This document shows, one piece after another, positions 33,886-47,510 of a DNA stretch of 64,000 bases. The translations under genes were made by a program, and so were the position numbers. Under the pieces are notes generated by a model. The model had not been told where the DNA came from and did not search any database. It saw only the letters and a list, made by a program, of their open reading frames with translations. This DNA is from Hemiscyllium ocellatum. Taxonomy: Eukaryota. How positions within the stretch are numbered: the stretch's first letter is position 1; each line of letters begins with the position of its first letter. The stretch spans positions 92,495,857-92,559,856 of the forward strand of contig NC_083407.1 of NCBI RefSeq assembly GCF_020745735.1, given 5' to 3'.

Positions 33886-35510
33886 TTTACCACAGCTTGT
33901 AACAGCAAATACTGAAAAGCTCACAGGTGACAATAGTTATAATCCGGACCAACAACAGATGAACATGGACAGTTTCTAAACTAGGTTTAATTAAACTTAA
34001 TATAATTTCGCTTTGTCCCATAAATAAAGTAAAATTAATTTAATATGGATCAAATATGCGACTTCACCCATGATGCAGTATAAGGTTTGATACTTTATGG
34101 CCGCTTACATATCAATGAGCATTGGTACTGAATTTGGGTTTATCATAGAAGATAAGGTTACATATTTAGTCAAACTGAGTAACATGTATAGGCTTATTCT
34201 GTACAGGTTACAGCTATATTGAACTACAATAACTTTAGAACCTAGTTTTGCTGCTGCAATTATGCCTTGAGGTCACGTATTTCATCATTTCATAGAAACC
34301 ACCTAAACTTGAGGCACCTTTCTTTGGATATTTTTAATCTTTGAAGAAATTCTTGAGAGAGGGTTTCAAAGCTGTGTTGAGGCCTGATTTGTTATGACAG
34401 ATCTTGTTTTTTTCAAAGTGGGCTGTTATTAACACAATGATGAATTTGTATTACTTTATAGATTGTGTTGCTACTTATGGTGTTTCCCTCAGGACGGGTG
34501 CATGCACAAGGAACAACAACAGAACTTCAAAAAGATTGCAGTTTCTTATGAATTTTTAAAAGAATGTTAGCACTTGGAGGTGGAATACTAAATCATTTTA
34601 GAGCTGTGGATTGAGATTCTTTTCAAACTGCAACATGTTAATTCAGGAGTCACCCAATTCATTTTAAACAGGTTAACATGAGCACTAAATATGATTGATT
34701 TAAAACTTTTTTTGCCATGAATGATGCCCAGCCTAAATATGTACAATTAGACCTTTATCTATTCTTCCATACATACATAAATTCTTAAGGACTAAAGTGT
34801 ATCAATTTAACATCTTCCATAGTAAGCATTTTATATTTTCTTTTATTGAATGATGTCAAATAACACAAAGCTGATATAGTCAAAACCTATTTCAGGAGAC
34901 CATATAGCGTTAAATATGTGAGAATTTCATCCCCTTGCCTGGGCTGCATTTCAACTCAAACCCCAGAAAGATTGATTTCTAGTCCACTGCATAATCTTGT
35001 TTATCATTTTGCAATATCAACGTAAAAAAGAAAATCCCCAAGTATTTTCTTCAAATATTAAAAATGCAATATCTTCTTCAGATTTGAGACTTGTTTCTTG
35101 AAATTAGTAATCTTAAACTTGCATGAGTGTTGTTTCTGTTCCAAAACTTTAAAAGCTGGGATGTCTGATGGTATATTCTGATAGTTCGAATATTTGATTT
35201 CTGTGGCATCCATATCAGTACAGACTTGCTCACTTACAGCAGAGAGGCTGCTTCACTCTTTTATCTAACTCTTAAAATCACCTGCATTTTTCTTTAACTT
35301 GCACTTACTTTGCATTTTTCAATTTTGTATTCACTAATCCACTGATATGGAGTTATTTAGCAGCAGCTTTGGAGAACAGTTGGTCTATCACATTCATGTC
35401 ACCTCTCTCCCAATCTACCTCTGTAAACTATCAGCTATATATCCTTCAAGCGCTCATCCAATTTCCTTCTGAAATCATTTGCTTGCCCTATTTCTAACAC
35501 ACCTCACCAC

Positions 35511-35714
35511 ATGATTTGGAAGGCCGGTGTTTGACTGGTGTGTACAAGTTATAAATCACGCAACACCAGGTTATAGTCCAACAGGTTTATTTGGAAGCAC
35601 TAGCTTTCAGAGCGCTGCTCTTTAATCAACCACCTGATGAAGGAGCAGTGCTCCAAAAGCTAGTGCTTCCAAATAAACCTATTGGACTATAACCTGGTGT
35701 TGTGTGATTTTTAA
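35511..35714. mobile_element. PLE-end palindromic insertion, family B
   Basis: About 80-bp inverted arms; hammerhead CAC-CUGAUGA-A-GGAGC-AGU-GCUCC-(A)AAA-GCUA^GUG at 35631-35665. Confidence 0.9.
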
Positions 35715-35719
35715 TCTCA

Positions 35720-36220
35720 GGATGTGAAATTCTGGATCATTACCATTCACTACATGAAGTGTTTTTTCTTACAATGCCCCGTATCTCTGGCTCAAAAATT
35801 TAAATAAGTATCCTCATCATTAACCCATCAACTAACAGCAGCCTTATTCAAAGGTTGCCTATCTTATCCAAAGTATTATAATCACCATCGTGTCAAAACA
35901 CAAACCTCCCTTCCTCTCCTTTGTTCCAAGGAAAACAAACACAGCATCTCCAAGCTAACCTTTGAAGTAAAATCCTTTATCTTTGGAACCTTTTTGGCAA
36001 ATCTCCTCTCCATCTCTTAAGGACACATTCATCCTTCCTGAACACTTCTTTATTCAATTCTACTTGCCATTACCTTTTCATCTGCTCATCAATCCATCAT
36101 TCCGCAAAATTTGCTATCAATAGCAAATATTGAATTTTCTCTTTGTATTCCAAGATCCAGGTCAATGTTATATAGCACAAGATCACTGGTCCTAGCAGTG
36201 ACTGCAAGGGAACATCAGTA
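35720..36220 (-). mobile_element. Decayed CR1 fragment
   Basis: aattctggatcattaccattcact..., tctcctctccatctcttaagg..atccttcctg are reverse-complement CR1 ORF2 C-terminal remnants. Confidence 0.5.
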
Positions 36221-37796
36221 TCATAAAGGCAGATTTTCACATTTTTCAGTGTTTTCTGTGCACATTGTGAATAGCTGCCATTTTTCTTTCATACAACAGA
36301 GACAAAAGTACTTAATTGTTTAAAGCATCTGCAACACCAGTAGTTGTGATATGTTATAGAAGTGCATTTTTTTCTTTTTCTTTGTTTATTTCAAAGGGAT
36401 ATTTTTCCCTTCTTTAAAAATATCTTTCAAGATTTTCTGTTTTTATTTCTGTCTCTTAATCAACTCTCTTTGCCCTTATTCTGAGATTTGTGGTTTGATC
36501 TGAAGTCATACCCTTCATTCACTTTCCTATTGTTTGACCTCGGTCTATATTCTAGTATCAAATGAGAAGGGACAATAATAACAAAAACATTGATGCATAT
36601 CCATTTATAAGTTTCAACAGATACAGGAACATAAGAATAACTTCAAACCTGCTCAGCTATTCAGTCAGGTTATGACTGCTCTGAATTTAACTCAATCTAC
36701 CTGCCTTTCTTTGCAACACTTAATCCTACTTCCTCACAAAAACCTACCAAATTCACTTTTGAGCCTTGACTTAACAATGTTTTGAGGAAACAGTTTCAAC
36801 TTTCTGCTATCCCAGGTATGCTTTCTTTCATTGCCCCTCACCAGAGATTATTGATCATTATGGCTGATCACAGAATATACCACAGGTCTACTCATTGCAA
36901 TGGAAAAATTGGAATTGGTTTAATCATAAGAGTATAAAATGGATCATTTATTTTGTTGAGCATGCTTCATATTCCAAACATGGTTTCAGAACTCAATAAG
37001 TGTTCCAAGTCCCTACCCCACAGCTTTCCATTCACCTCTCATTAGCAATCAGATTGCTTAAATTGTGTCACCTACAGCAGTAGGAAATTGCTCTTATCAT
37101 TAATAACCATATGGAAGTTTATTCCTTTGAGTAGTCTGTGTGTGTCTGCTCACTTCAGTTTTTCGAGTTAAACAGAGAATTGCTTTCGAGATACACATTG
37201 TTAATTAAATCCCATCACTGAATCATCTGTATTATGTTCTTTTCTATTTTTTCCTAATGAGAATAGATTTAGGGTTCTGTAATTTCAAAGCTCAATGCTT
37301 AAGAATTTGAACCAAGTGATTTCATCTGAATTGAATCGGAGGACTTCTCAAATTACAAATCAATTCAGAAATGTGTAATAACACTGCTGAACAGTTTGAT
37401 TAAAAATATATCTTTCAAAAAATTACAATCCAGCACAGTGTTAATCAAATGCTTCATTGTCAGAAATGTTAGGCTATTTTTGCCGAGATGGGAAGGAGCA
37501 TGTAAAATAGATCAGGTGTCTATCTTGGCAATTTTCCACGCATTCCCAGGCTCACTCCCATAATGGATGGACACAAGCTGAGATTGACAGCCCACCAACC
37601 ATGTCTAAATAAGTAATTGAGGGTCAACTGAGTTTTTAGGAAAGTGTACTGCCCATGGACCCTAAGAGTATGTTGCCCATGCCAAAATAAAATTGGTGTG
37701 GGCAGTCAGATGACAGTGAGCAGGCTGTTTTTAAAGGCCTCCATGAACAATGGCAAAAAGGAATGGATGTCACCCTATCTTGGGGTGTACCTGGGA

Positions 37797-38185
37797 AATA
37801 GCACCACAAGGCAAGTATGCTACCATCAAGTAGTCAGATAAAAAATGAGGTCTGCAGATGCTGGAGATCACAGTTGAAAATGTGTTGCTGGTTAAAGCAC
37901 AGCAGGTCAGGCAGCATCCAAGGATGCTGCCTGACCTACTGTGCTTTAACCAACAACACATTTTCAACTATGCTACCATCAAGTCAGTCTTTATTTTCAC
38001 ATGGAGAATCCTCGACACTGATCCAGATTCCTCAGAGTCAGCTTTCAGAGTGAACAGATCCTCTGAGACTCTTGTTTACATCTGTCAGCCAGGGATCCCT
38101 GATTTGGTCAGATTAACAATCCCATTCAGGGAACACATATTCCATGAGATTCACTTGGCTGACCTCATTGCAATCACTATACCCT
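37797..38185 (-). mobile_element. Solo LTR (Gypsy-type), interrupted by a family A insertion
   Basis: Reverse complement matches the LTR at 61685-61885 (tgcaatgaggtcagcca..gaatatg..ccctga..ctgacagatgtaaa..ctccatgtg..aataaa). Confidence 0.8.
37836..37968. mobile_element. PLE-end palindromic insertion, family A, ribozyme-less short hairpin
   Basis: Arms meet at gcagcatcc-aa-ggatgctgc. 16-bp TSD tatgctaccatcaagt at 37816-37831 and 37969-37984. Confidence 0.88.
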
Positions 38186-38679
38186 GTGTAGGTCAAGGAA
38201 AACTAACCTCCTCACAATGCCACACCACTCTTCCTTATGTGTGCTCGCATGTCAAAACCTGGACCCCAGTCCAAGCTCTCTCTTCCCCACCTCTGCGTTT
38301 CAGGATTCTGTTGCTGATAAAAGAGCCTAGAAGCCCTGAGAAGGATGAGGCTGTCATTATCTTGTTTGGGTCTCTTCTTCTTGCAACGTCATCAATGCCC
38401 ACTGCAAAGCTCTTGCGTTTCTGGGAATAATGACTCCTGAGTGGATGCTGTGTTAAACTGAGGTCTCAGACATCTACTCAGGTTGTTGCAAAATATCTCA
38501 GACCACTATTTGAAGCAACATTTTTGAGATATCTTGTTATCCTGACCAGCATTGCATTGTGTGTCAATCACCAACAAATAAATTAAAAATGACTTGATTT
38601 GCTGTTTGTGGGATCTTGCTGTGAATAAATTGGCTGCTCTGTTTGATGACTCAACAAACGTGACTACAGTTCAATCATG

Positions 38680-38891
38680 GGAGTAAGTGAGGACTGCAGA
38701 AGCTGGAGATCAGAGTCGAGAGTGTGGTGCTGGAAAAGCACAGCAGGTCGGGCAGCATCCAAGGAGCAGGAGAGTCAACATGTCAGGCATAATCCCTTCA
38801 TCAGGAATTGGGCTTATGCCTGAAACATCGATTCTCCTGCTCCTCGGGTGCTGCCTGACCTGCTGTGCTATTCTAGCACTACTCTCTCGAC
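38680..38891. mobile_element. PLE-end palindromic insertion, family A
   Basis: Inverted arms around cccttcatcaggaattgggcttatgcctgaaac. About 18-bp TSD gactaca(g/a)ttca(a/g)tcatg at 38662-38679 and 38889-38906. Confidence 0.88.
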
Positions 38892-38989
38892 TACAATTCA
38901 GTCATGTTTCATTAATTGTGGAACACTTTGTGAATTTCTGAGAGCGTTCTAGCTGTTATATGAATACAAATATTTTCACTTGTCCATCA

Positions 38990-40017
38990 TTTCATGCTTG
39001 CCTTCATTGATTAGGTCTTTGAGTATAGGAATTGTACTGTTATGTGCGTAAGATGTTGGTGAGGCCTTTTCTGGAGTATTGTGTCCAGTCCCAGTCGCCC
39101 CTGTTGTAAGAAGGATATTATGAAGCTGGAGAGCGTTCAAAAGAGATTTACCAGGATGTTGCTGGGAATAGAAAGTTTGACTTATAAGGAGAGGTCGGAT
39201 AGACTGGGACTTTACAGGAAAGGCTGAGGCACTTAGGGCTGTTTTCATTGGAGAAAAGAAGGTTTAGAGGTGACTTGATAGAGATGTACAAGATGATTAG
39301 GGGTTTGGATAGGGTTGACCATGAGAACCTTTTTCCACGTATGGAGTCAGATATTACGAGGGGGCATAGCTTTAAATTAAGGGGTGGTAGGTATAGGACA
39401 GATGTTATGGGGTAGATTCTTTACTCAGCGAAACGTGAGTTCATGGAATGCCCTGCCAGTAACACTGGTGGACTCTCCCTCTTTATGGGCATTTAAACGG
39501 GCATTGGATAGGTATATGGAGGAAAGTGGGCTAGTGTAGGTTAGGTGGGCTTGGATCGGGCAACATCGAGGGCCGAAGGGCCTGTACTGCACTGTATTTT
39601 TCTATGTTCTATGTTCTATGTTCTATTTATCCACTGGAGCGTACAAAGTTGAGAGATGACCCTATTGAGATTTATAAAACCATGAGGCGTATAAATAAGG
39701 TGAATGGCAACTGTCTTTTCACCTAGGGTGCGGAATTTCAAGACTAAGGACACATTTTTCAGGTGCGAGTATAGTTACAATATTTCAAAAAAGACATGGA
39801 TATCAATCTTTTTACACAAGCGAGTGGCTCGTGTGTAGTATGAACTTTCAGAGGAAGTGGTAGATGTGAGTACAGTTATAACATTTAAAAGGCATTTGGA
39901 TAAGTACATGAATAGGAAATGTTTGGAGGGTAGGACTGGTTTAGTTTGGGATTATGTTCAGCATGGATTGGGTGGACCAAAATACCTGCTTCCATGCTGT
40001 ATGAGTTTATGACTCTA
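38990..40017 (+). mobile_element. CR1 3' fragment (host) containing a younger CR1 insert
   Basis: ttggtgaggcc..ctggagtattgtgt...agatttaccaggatgttg; resumes at 39627; ends tttatgactcta. Confidence 0.88.
39216..39626 (+). mobile_element. Young CR1 3' fragment with (ttctatg)n tail
   Basis: Closely similar to 57907-58311; tail ttctatgttctatgttctatgttcta. Confidence 0.92.
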
Positions 40018-40519
40018 TTTTATTTCAGAGTCAGTATCAATTTCTTAACTTATACATATTGTTACTTTAATAATTTCGTTTAATATGTCTATGCTCTGCT
40101 CTGAACTGAAAAAAAACCCTTGGATATTAAATTTAGAACACATCCTTTGTAGGTACACTGGCTCATTACGACTGATTTGGAAAACCCTAGTTCACTCAAT
40201 TTAATTTCCGATTCATCATGGTTCATCTAAATAATCATAAATCTGCCTATTTCTCAAAGTTAAGATCCTCAGCAGTTTAAAATTGATCATCTTTGAATTG
40301 CTAATAGAAGAATATTGATCATGTTTACTGAGATTTTGACTCAAAATTGAAATAACATTACAGGAGGCTATATAAATAGAAATATATAGCACTGCACAGT
40401 GAGATACAGTGGTACAAAGAAGAGAAGTTCTGAGTCATGATGGTTGCATCACCTTGGACAGATGAAAGGGGAGCATGTGACAGAATGAGATGGATTTCAA
40501 ATTTGCAGTCTTGTTTTAA

Positions 40520-40875
40520 ATTAATTCATAGAATTTGGGGGTCACTGGCTAGGCCAGAAGTTATTGCCCATCTCTCCCTGTCTGACAATAGTCAAGAGTT
40601 AAATGCTTTGCTGTGGGATCTGGTGAGTCACAGGTAGGCCAGACTAGGTAAGGACAGTGGCCTTCCTTCCCTCAAGGACGTTAGTGAAGCAGATGAATTT
40701 TTCCTGACAATTGGCAATGATTTTGTGGTCATCATTAAACTCTTAAGTCCAGAATTTTATTGAACTCAAATTCTACCACCTGTCATGGCGGATTCAAACT
40801 CAGGTTCCAGAAACCATGGCCTGGGTTTCTGAATTAAAAGCCTAACAATAACACCACTACGTCACTGCTTCCCCC
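40520..40875 (-). mobile_element. tRNA-derived SINE family 2
   Basis: ttattgcccatc...gtaggccagac..ggtaagga..ccttccctcaagg..ttagtgaa..ttgaactcaaattc. Confidence 0.8.
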
Positions 40876-43800
40876 AAGTCTGAAAATTGCTGAATCATTC
40901 AAGCCATTTATGTTGACCAACAACCATGTTTGGCATGACTGTGGTTTAAAATTTGCCTTTTCCTTTTAATGAGTGGGTGTGTCATTTCCCCATAATTGAT
41001 ATGGAAGCCTTTGGCTCATTGAAAAAAAACTGTGCCTCATAATCAGGAGAGGCAGGATGTGAATTTTACTTTGTGTTTAATCATATGCACATTAAGGCAA
41101 TTGCAATCCTTATCTGGTCTGGCCTACACATGACTCCAACTGCTTTGCTGCCTGGTCAATGACAGCCACATCCCATGAATGAATAAAGAAAAAGAATCAC
41201 ATTGAAACTACGTTTGTGGAATGTAACATAGAGTTTGAACCTTTATCTCAAGATGTGATCCAATCCCATTTCCCACCCAACATCATCATTCCTAGCTGCT
41301 GCATCCCCACCCCCCACCTTCAATACTTACTCTCACTGAGGCATCTAAATCTCAGGCAGTTTTTGAAAAATGGGAAGCTACTATTCTAGACAGAGATAAG
41401 GAGGAATTTCTTCTTTCAGAGGGTGGGTTAGCTTTGGTTCTCTTCTGCAGTGGGCAGCAAAAGAAGGGACATTAAATGTATTCAAAGCTGAATTAGACAG
41501 ATTTTCGACCAACAGAGGGGTCAGGGATAACGGGAGACATGTTGGAAAATTAAGTTAAAGTCTAAACCAGATCAGTTGTGATCTTATCAAACAGTAGAGC
41601 AGGATGGAGGGGTGCAATGACCTACTCCCATTGCCATTTCTTAGATCACTTGATCTTATGGAAGTATGCTGGAGAAACATAGCATAAACAATGTGCCGAG
41701 AGTGTTGGGAATGAAACGTTTTTCTTTGATTTTTTTCTTTCAGGACATCTTTTACTGTGGCTTCACTGCATATTTTTCACAGAAATCCAACCGTAATAAT
41801 CAGAAGGATGTTGCCACAAACAATTAGTTCTACTTTGTGGAAGTGGGATTGTTCAGACATGGGTGATAAGAAAACCTCAATGTTCAGAACACTTCAGACA
41901 GCTGCCCAATTAGCACCATGTCAACCAAGAAAAACCACAGCAAAACACTGAGAGTCAATCTTTCTTTGATCCAGACTTTCTCAACCCATAAAGCAGTGCC
42001 GTTCACTTGCTCTTGAGAAACCTTTTCACCTGCATTCATCTTTCTCCTTCTCTATTGATTCAACATTCCAATTTCATCTTACAATATCTGACGCTGACGT
42101 TTCTCACAGGCCTTACTGACTGAACCAGGTTTACAATGATGGGCAAAAGGTTCTAATTGCAAATGAACATCTTCGGGTGAGAAAAAAGACTTCTGCAGTA
42201 TTTTATTTTTAAGCAAAAAAAAACAAAAATTCGTCATTAATCATTGAGTAACCTTTGCCAAAATAGTCAGGTGAATTTTTTTCAAATATATTTGTGGTCT
42301 TGGCAAGATATCATAAACCAATGCCAAACACATCCATTTAGTATGAGAGATAAAAACATGAAAATTAACCAGTCCCAGATGACCTATAAAGCAACATCTG
42401 CTTTACATCGAACATTTCTATATCATAACTTTGGAATAAGTATTTTGAGACTAAGTGTTTGACAAACCAATAGGACTAAAGGCAAGCAAGTCACCAGAAA
42501 CTGATGGCAGACATCCAAGCATTTTAAAGGAAGTGCAGAGATGCAGAGATAATGGAGGCATTGATCATTGGTCTCATGCTCAATGGATTCCAGGCATGTT
42601 TCAACAGATTATAATTAACCCTGATAATGTCTAAATGGCAGTCTAATTCAATCCCTGAAGTTACTCTGAGGAAGACTATTAACAGAGACGTTATGCTAAA
42701 GGTGGTGAGATAGGTTGAGGAAGGTGATGCTGTGAGTGAAAATGCTAATCCCATAAACTTGGCTGAACTGTGGAAACTGTTAGAAGAGAACAGAGCCCTG
42801 ACTGTGATACAGGCCCACAAGACAACTGGCTGGTTTGTACTCTGTCTTTGTTAAAGCGGATGGAAGATGGTTGGCTGCAGTGAGTTTACCTTATGGCATA
42901 GGTCACATAACTACCTGTATATGCAAACCAGGAAGGACATTGGTACATGATTGGATTTGAATCTAGACATCCTCTTTTAACAGCAAAACTAAAAAATGTA
43001 CATGCACTATGATTTGTCATTGAGATTTACCTATGTCCTGCACTAATTTTGTCAACCTATATACATGGCGCACATAATTTCTTGAGTGCTTGGATTTTGA
43101 CAGGTTATTTTTCCCTCCAATGTCTGCTGGTTGGAATGATGTGCTCTCTGTTTCAATTTCAAACTTGTCACAAAACTGATTCTGCTAATGTACACTGTTG
43201 CCTTAGACACACTTTTTCTGCTGCTGTTTGTGGTAGGGCAATGGTTCTGGTGTCAGTGCATCTTCAACATTATGTTTTACCTTGTGCAGCAATGTTTATG
43301 CTATCTCCTGTAGTATAAGAAACTTGTGGTGGGATATAATGGCATTGAAGAATCAAACAGACATTTGGCTCGTTTGTCTTCTTGATTCCTTTTCTGTGCT
43401 TTAAGCAGCTCTGATTATTCCATTTCTCCTCTTTAAATAGCTGCACCGATCTACACCCAGTACTCAATCTGAGACACCATGGCCAGAACCTTACAGGGAT
43501 CTGAGCATACATGGACTACGGTGAGATTTGAGGAAGGATAATGGTAGTCAAGGCATATCTCGGCATTGGGAGCACCTTGCTCCATGATCTTTGTTTTTGC
43601 TGAGTGGCAAGGAGAGCTTCTTATTGGGCACTGGCGTGTTGTAATCCAGTAGGATCACGGCTTGGGAAAAGCATTGTTAGTAGCTCCAAAGCTGGCACAG
43701 TCAGTGAGGATTACTGCCCATCAATGAATTATAAACTCGCCCTCTTAACATTCAGCATCATATCTTGCCAAACAAGGTGGGCGTTAAAACACCTCTACAC

Positions 43801-45175
43801 AGAAATCAGAGTGGGCTCTTGGTGACCTCAGCTTGCTACTGGCTGTGAGGAGCCTCCAGTATCACAGAGCATCAGCCACTGGCACACCATCATTTGTGGA
43901 CATTGGCATCCCACACTTGCCAGCCCTCATGTCATTTGCCTTGCCTTGCCATCCCTGTTGCTTCAGCCCAAACCAACGGCTATCAGACCTGCTATATTGA
44001 GGTGCTCTTTTGCACAGACATACAGACAGGCCTCCTGCCACATTTGTCAGCAGTGGTGTGCTTGGGGCTGTGGGGTGGACAGTTTGCTATGGAGGTTCTC
44101 TGGAATGGGAAGGGGGTCAGATCGTAATAAGCACTCCGTTTTGGATGTAATGCGTTGGTCATTTGATCAGTGCAGTGCCTTGATCAAGTTGGCACTAACA
44201 TTCAATAGCACTTTTGCACAAGCTGTTGTGCCTCTGCAGACTGGCCCACAGCCAGTGTCAGGCTTTATTTTTGCTGCTGCAGCCTCAGTTGCAATTTGAC
44301 ATTGCAACTGGTGAGATAGCTGCCGTTTCTTTTGAGGAACAAGTTGACTAGAAGAATGCTTTGGTTGGTTAATGTCATCCTGATATCACTTTCGGAAGAT
44401 CTGTGGAAACAGCAATATCATGGAGATAGTTTCCAATGAGATTTTTGCATTGCCAGTCTACCTGATCATACCCTAGAAGAGTCCTTTTCATTGCAATATT
44501 TCCTGCCGAGTGTCCATCCCAATCATCACATGCTCAATGAGAAACTGCACCCTGTATGGATTTCAAATGACAGCTCCTTGTGCAGTTTTAATGCCAGCTG
44601 ATCTTGACTGGACAGACCAGATCCCAGACTAAAATCTGACTTGATAGATCATTTATTAAATTGGTTTTTGTAAGGTGGTCTCTCACTTAAACATAAACAT
44701 GCATTGCTACAGATTTCAAATAATCCACAGCTGTATCTTCCATTTCCCGAAAACATTCAACGTCATTTTGAAAGACCAGGCAATAAACGTCATCACAATA
44801 TGGTTTATTTCTGTTCAGCACCTACATGTACCTGCTTCATTAAAAAAAGGCACAAACCTCTATTAAATTTAAAACATCCAATTGCTTACATCCCAGCTGA
44901 TGTTACCAGTAGTTAAGTAAGATCCCAGACCGAAACCTGTTTTGATAGATTTGTTTTTAACACAGTGGTCTTTCACTTACAATAAGCATGCAATGCTGCA
45001 GAATTTTTTTTCCCAAAAGTTCCAAAACAATGCAACAGCATATGAAACAGTAATTGCTGCTCCTGGAATTCAAGGAAATCATCTCCAGCCCCTAAAATAC
45101 CTCAAAAAAGAAGCAGCTGTTACATACAGAAATTTTTCCCATCCTCCATCTTGGATTACCCAGAATCCTCAAGCC

Positions 45176-46061
45176 TTGGAGGGGTAGTGGACAGCGAAGA
45201 GGGTTACCTCAGATTACAACAGGATCTTGATCAGATGGGCCAATGGGCAGATGGAGTTTAATTTAGATAAATGCGAGGTGCTGCATTTTGGGAAAGCAAA
45301 TCTTAACAGGACTTATACACTTAATAGTAAGGGAGTGTTGCTGAACAAAGAGACCTTGGAGTGCAGGTTCATAGCTCCTTGAAAGTGGAGTCACAGGTAG
45401 ATAGGATAGTGAAGAAGGCGTTTGGTAAGCTTTCCTTTATTGGTCAGAGTATTGAGAACAGGAGTTGGCAGGTAATGTTGCGGCTGGACTGGACATTGGT
45501 TAGGCCACTGTTGGAACATCGCATGCAATTCTGGTCTCCTTCCTATCGGAAAGGTGTTGTGAAACTTGAAATGGTTGAGAAAGATTTTCAAGGATGTTGC
45601 CAGGGTTGGAGGATTCGAGCTATAGGGAGAGGCTAAACAGGCTGGGGCTGTTTTCCCTGGAGCACCGGAGGCTGAGGGGTGCCCTTATAGAGGTTTACAA
45701 AATAATGAGGGGCATGGATAGGGTAAATAGGCAAAGTCTTTTCCCTGGGGTTGAGGAGTCCAGCACTAGAGGGCTTAGGTTTAGGGTGAGAGGGGAAAGA
45801 TATAAAAGAGACCTAAGGGGCAACTTTTTCACACAGAAGGTGGTATGGGTATGGAATGAGCTGCCAGAGGAAGTGGTGGAGGCTGGTACAATTGCAACAG
45901 TTAAGTGGCATTTGGATGGGTATATGAATAGGAAGGGTTTGGAGGGTTATGGGCCAGGTGCTGGCAGGTGGGACAGGATTGGGTTGGAATATCTGGTCAG
46001 CATGGACAGGTTGGACCAAAGGGTCTGTTTCCATGCTGTACATTTCTATGACTCTATGACT
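45176..46061 (+). mobile_element. CR1 LINE 3' portion, fairly young
   Basis: ORF MLPGLED..RLGLFSLE..LRG.LIEVYKI..FFTQKVV..WNELP; tail ttctatgactctatgact. Confidence 0.94.
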
Positions 46062-46094
46062 GTAATTGGTTTTAACAATAAAACTGAAGTCTAT

Positions 46095-47510
46095 TTTGCA
46101 TCAGGACTTGACACATCCTAAGTCAGTACAGCTGAAACCAGCATCTACCAATAATGTGGGAAATTGCCCAAAAATGTCCTGTACACAATAAAGAGAACAA
46201 CTGGGCCAACTGGCTCCCATCAGTGTACGCTTCCACCTCAGTAACATGTTGGATGGGGTCATCAACAATGCTATCAAGCAGCACTTCATTCACAATAAAC
46301 TGCTCATTGATATTCAGTTTGGGTTCTGCCAGGGCCACACAGCTCCTGACCTCATTCCAGACTTCATTCAAGAATAGACAAAAGAACTAAATTCCAGAGG
46401 TGTGGTGAGGGACAACCCTTGACATCAATGTCACATTCGACTGACTCGAGCCATTGCAAAAATGGAGTAATGGAAATCAGAGGCAAACACTCTATTGGTT
46501 GGAGTCATACCATAAAGGAAAATGTTCGTGGTTACTAAAGGTCAGTCAGTCACCTCCAGGACATTCAGCGGCAGGAGTTCTTCAGAATAGTGTCCTAGGC
46601 CCAACCATCTTCAGAAGTGAGAATGTTCGCCAATGATTGCACAGTGTTCAGGACTGTTCAGAGTTCCTCAGATACTGAAGCAGTCCATGTTCAAATGAAA
46701 CAAGATCTGGGAAAAATCCAGGCTTGGACTGAGAAGGGACATATGATTTTCACACTACCCAAATGCCAGGTAATGATCATCTTCAATATGAGACGATCTA
46801 ACCATGGCCCCGGACATTCAATGGCATTACCATCACTGAATCCCACACTTTGAACATCCTGGGGATTACCTTTGACCAGAAACTCAATTGGACTCACAAT
46901 ATAAATGCAGTGGCTATGAGAGAAGTTCAGAAGCTTTGAATACTAAAGTGAGTAACTCACCTCCTGACTCCCCAAAACCTGTCCACCATCTACAAGGCAC
47001 AAGTCAGGAATGTGATGGAGTACTCCCCACTTATCTGGGTGGGTCCAGCTCCAACAACACTCAAGAAGGTTGACAATATCCAGTAAACCAACCTGTTTAT
47101 TTGACACTACATCCACAAGCATCCACTCCCTTCATCACTGATGCTCAGCACCAGCAGTGTGCACTGCCTGCAGAAATTCGCCAAAGATCCTTTAAGCAGC
47201 ACCTCCCAAACCCAAACTGTTTTCATCTAGAAGAATAAGATCAGCAGATACCTGGGAACACCACCAGCTGTGAGTTCCCCTCTAAGCCACTCATCATCCT
47301 GACTTAGAAATAGATCACTATTCCTTCAATGTTGCTGTGCCAGAATCCTGGAATTCCCTCCCTAAGGGCATTGTGGGTCAACCTAGAACATGTGGATTGC
47401 AAAGGGTCAAGAAGGCAGCTCACCACCACCTTCTCAATGGTAACTAGGGATGGGCAAATAAATATACACCAGCCAGCATCGCCCAGCTCCCATGAATGAA
47501 TAATAAAAGG
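46095..47510 (+). mobile_element. Older CR1/L2-type LINE, RT region to 3' end
   Basis: IQFGFCQGHTAPDLI, GVLQNSVLGPTIF, RMFANDCTVF (FADD), LGITFD; 3' tail ctagggatgggcaa...cccatgaatgaataa. Confidence 0.85.

Noticed and set aside
34462-34551. Signal-peptide-like IVLLLMVFPSGRVHAQ on the plus strand
   Set aside because: Stops after 29 codons with no donor or supporting exons.
41744-41951. Plus-strand exon after a strong polypyrimidine acceptor
   Set aside because: No convincing donor or recognisable peptide, and no phase-compatible partner exons.
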